A DNA stretch of 16,567 bases from Verrucomicrobiales bacterium (GTDB lineage: Bacteria; Verrucomicrobiota; Verrucomicrobiia; Verrucomicrobiales; SLCJ01): NCBI GenBank assembly GCA_046075565.1, contig JBJTQJ010000129.1, positions 1-16,567 of the forward strand, in the 5' to 3' direction. The position numbers and the translations under genes were made by a program. The notes below the pieces were generated by a model, which worked only from the letters and a program-made list of their open reading frames with translations, had not been told where the DNA came from and made no database searches. This document shows positions 15,477-16,567 of this stretch, in pieces (the stretch's first letter is position 1; each line of letters starts with the position of its first letter).

Positions 15477-16345
15477 TTCTTTTCCTGATTGGTTTGGTGG
15501 AAATTTCGCCAGGCACGCATCGAGATGGTGAGATGCTCGCGGGCGGGTCGTTTGATTTGATAACACTGCAAATTGACGGGGCCACGGTAGCCGATTTCAT
15601 CGAGACAGCGGATCACCCTGCCGACATCGAGTGTTCCTTCACCGAGCGGTTGGATCAAGCGGGTCCAATCCGGTTTCCCGGGAGGCACGACATCGCAACC
15701 GCTGATCTGCACGCACTTCAATCGCGGGCCAAATGAGCGGAGGCTTGCCTCGATTTCCTTTTCGTCGTTCATTGCAAGGAAATGGCAGAGTGTGAAACTC
15801 AACCCGAGGTTTTTCCTGTCCGCAAGGTCGGCGAGTCGCGCGCATTTCTCCAAGGTGTCGGTGCAACATCCCACATGGGGATAAAGTGCGACCTCGAGCC
15901 CCGCTTCCGCCGAGAGGTCGCAAATTTCGCGGAGCAACCGGACCGCCGTTTCGTCATCCGCCTTGGGGTTCGACAGACCCAGCCAGATCAATGTTCCGCG
16001 TCCTTTGAGTTTCCCGATATGCGCGGCAATTTCCGCAGGCACGGTTTCGCCTTCTTTCGCGGCAAGGACGACGTAACTCGCGATGATTTTGACTCTGGCT
16101 TGGTCCATCGCGTCCAGCCATTCCGTGGTGGCATTTGCCGGTCGGGTGCAAATCCCATCGTAGCCGAGTTCGTTGAGAAGCGCGGCTTGTTCCGCGGGGG
16201 ATTTGATATCGGTCAATCCGTTATCAAAGACGAAGAAAGGGCGCGGTGCCGGCGGAGAAGGGTCAGCGGAGACAGACGTGGTCGCCGCGAGGGCGAGGAT
16301 TCCCATGAGCAAACCCGGGAGTCGTAAGAGAAGTGTGGTGATCAC
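15473..16345 (-). CDS. Exported sugar-phosphate isomerase/epimerase-like (xylose isomerase/AP endonuclease 2) TIM-barrel protein
   Basis: Hydrophobic signal peptide ending VSA-D; LLNELGYDGI, LYPHVG, NLGLSFTLCHFL, IQPLGEGTLDV...L.EIGYRGPVNLQCY. Start is GTG 16345 (in-frame TAA shortly upstream) or ATG 16306. Confidence 0.8.
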   Translation of the reverse strand: MITTLLLRLPGLLMGILALAATTSVSADPSPPAPRPFFVFDNGLTDIKSPAEQAALLNELGYDGICTRPANATTEWLDAMDQARVKIIASYVVLAAKEGETVPAEIAAHIGKLKGRGTLIWLGLSNPKADDETAVRLLREICDLSAEAGLEVALYPHVGCCTDTLEKCARLADLADRKNLGLSFTLCHFLAMNDEKEIEASLRSFGPRLKCVQISGCDVVPPGKPDWTRLIQPLGEGTLDVGRVIRCLDEIGYRGPVNLQCYQIKRPAREHLTISMRAWRNFHQTNQEKK

Positions 16346-16353
16346 GACATCAC

Positions 16354-16381
16354 ATTATGAAAAGAGACTCCTCGAGGACAA
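16354..16381 (-). promoter_or_regulatory. Possible sigma70-type promoter for the TIM/oxidoreductase/enolase/MetE-like/GH106 operon
   Basis: Minus strand TTGTCC-N16-CATAAT, ending 8 nt before GTG 16345. A perfect palindrome TCCTCGAGGA (16369-16378) overlaps the -35 box and spacer. Motif match only. Confidence 0.35.
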
Positions 16382-16402
16382 CCGAATTATCCTGACATGA
16401 GA

Positions 16403-16429
16403 ACGACGGATGACACGGAGAACACGGAT
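16403..16429 (+). repeat. Intergenic 9-nt periodic triplet repeat with core ACGGA
   Basis: ACGACGGAT GACACGGAG AACACGGAT, with ACGGA at 16406, 16415 and 16424. Confidence 0.75.
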
Positions 16430-16487
16430 AAGCCTAGAAAGGAAAATGGGCACGTTGGAATGCCACCTCTGATGGAGGCGCGGGGCA

Positions 16488-16496
16488 TGTTAAAAT
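16488..16496 (+). promoter_or_regulatory. Possible extended -10 promoter facing out of the window (divergent)
   Basis: TGTTAAAAT matches TGnTAnAAT in a non-coding stretch. No clear -35 box, and no downstream gene is visible. Confidence 0.2.
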
Positions 16497-16567
16497 CTGA
16501 AAGGTTCGGCGGGATATTTTCATCCGCTCAAGAGCAGTTTTGCCTCATCGGGTAGTCCGGGAAGCCA

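Noticed and set aside
15477-15566. Upstream TTG start for the oxidoreductase
   Set aside because: It overlaps the TIM-barrel gene by about 90 nt. ATG 15476 places the twin-arginine motif at the N-terminus and gives an ATGA overlap.
16520-16567. Possible 3' end of an upstream minus-strand gene (WLPGLPDEAKLLLSG*)
   Set aside because: Only 15 codons, and the other frames also close nearby; it cannot be distinguished from non-coding DNA.

Overview
A GC-rich bacterial window, most likely from Verrucomicrobia (Luteolibacter/Haloferula-like; inferred from gene types, the C-terminal domain of the large protein and A/C-rich, SD-poor start regions). All credible genes are on the minus strand and form a glycan-degradation locus. 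In transcription order (right to left): an exported xylose-isomerase-like TIM-barrel protein with non-canonical metal-ligand positions, a translationally coupled Tat-exported Gfo/Idh/MocA oxidoreductase, an enolase-superfamily (MLE-subgroup-like) enzyme with NxK instead of KxK, a stand-alone cobalamin-independent methionine-synthase-II-like Zn enzyme, a GH106 alpha-L-rhamnosidase-like hydrolase, an ECF sigma factor coupled to a FecR-type anti-sigma with an extra C-terminal domain, a ~1680-aa secreted modular GH141-like beta-helix protein (CBM-like, FN3, DNRLRE-like, one unassigned domain, three Ig-like repeats, C-terminal domain), a formylglycine sulfatase, and the first 11 codons of a further gene. 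No rRNA, tRNA, CRISPR array, transposase or transporter is visible. The best candidate for a new system is the four-gene TIM/oxidoreductase/enolase/MetE-like block linked to a rhamnosidase, which may be an undescribed pathway for a modified (possibly O-methylated and/or sulfated) deoxysugar. That function is inference. All family calls come from motif recognition by eye, not database searches.
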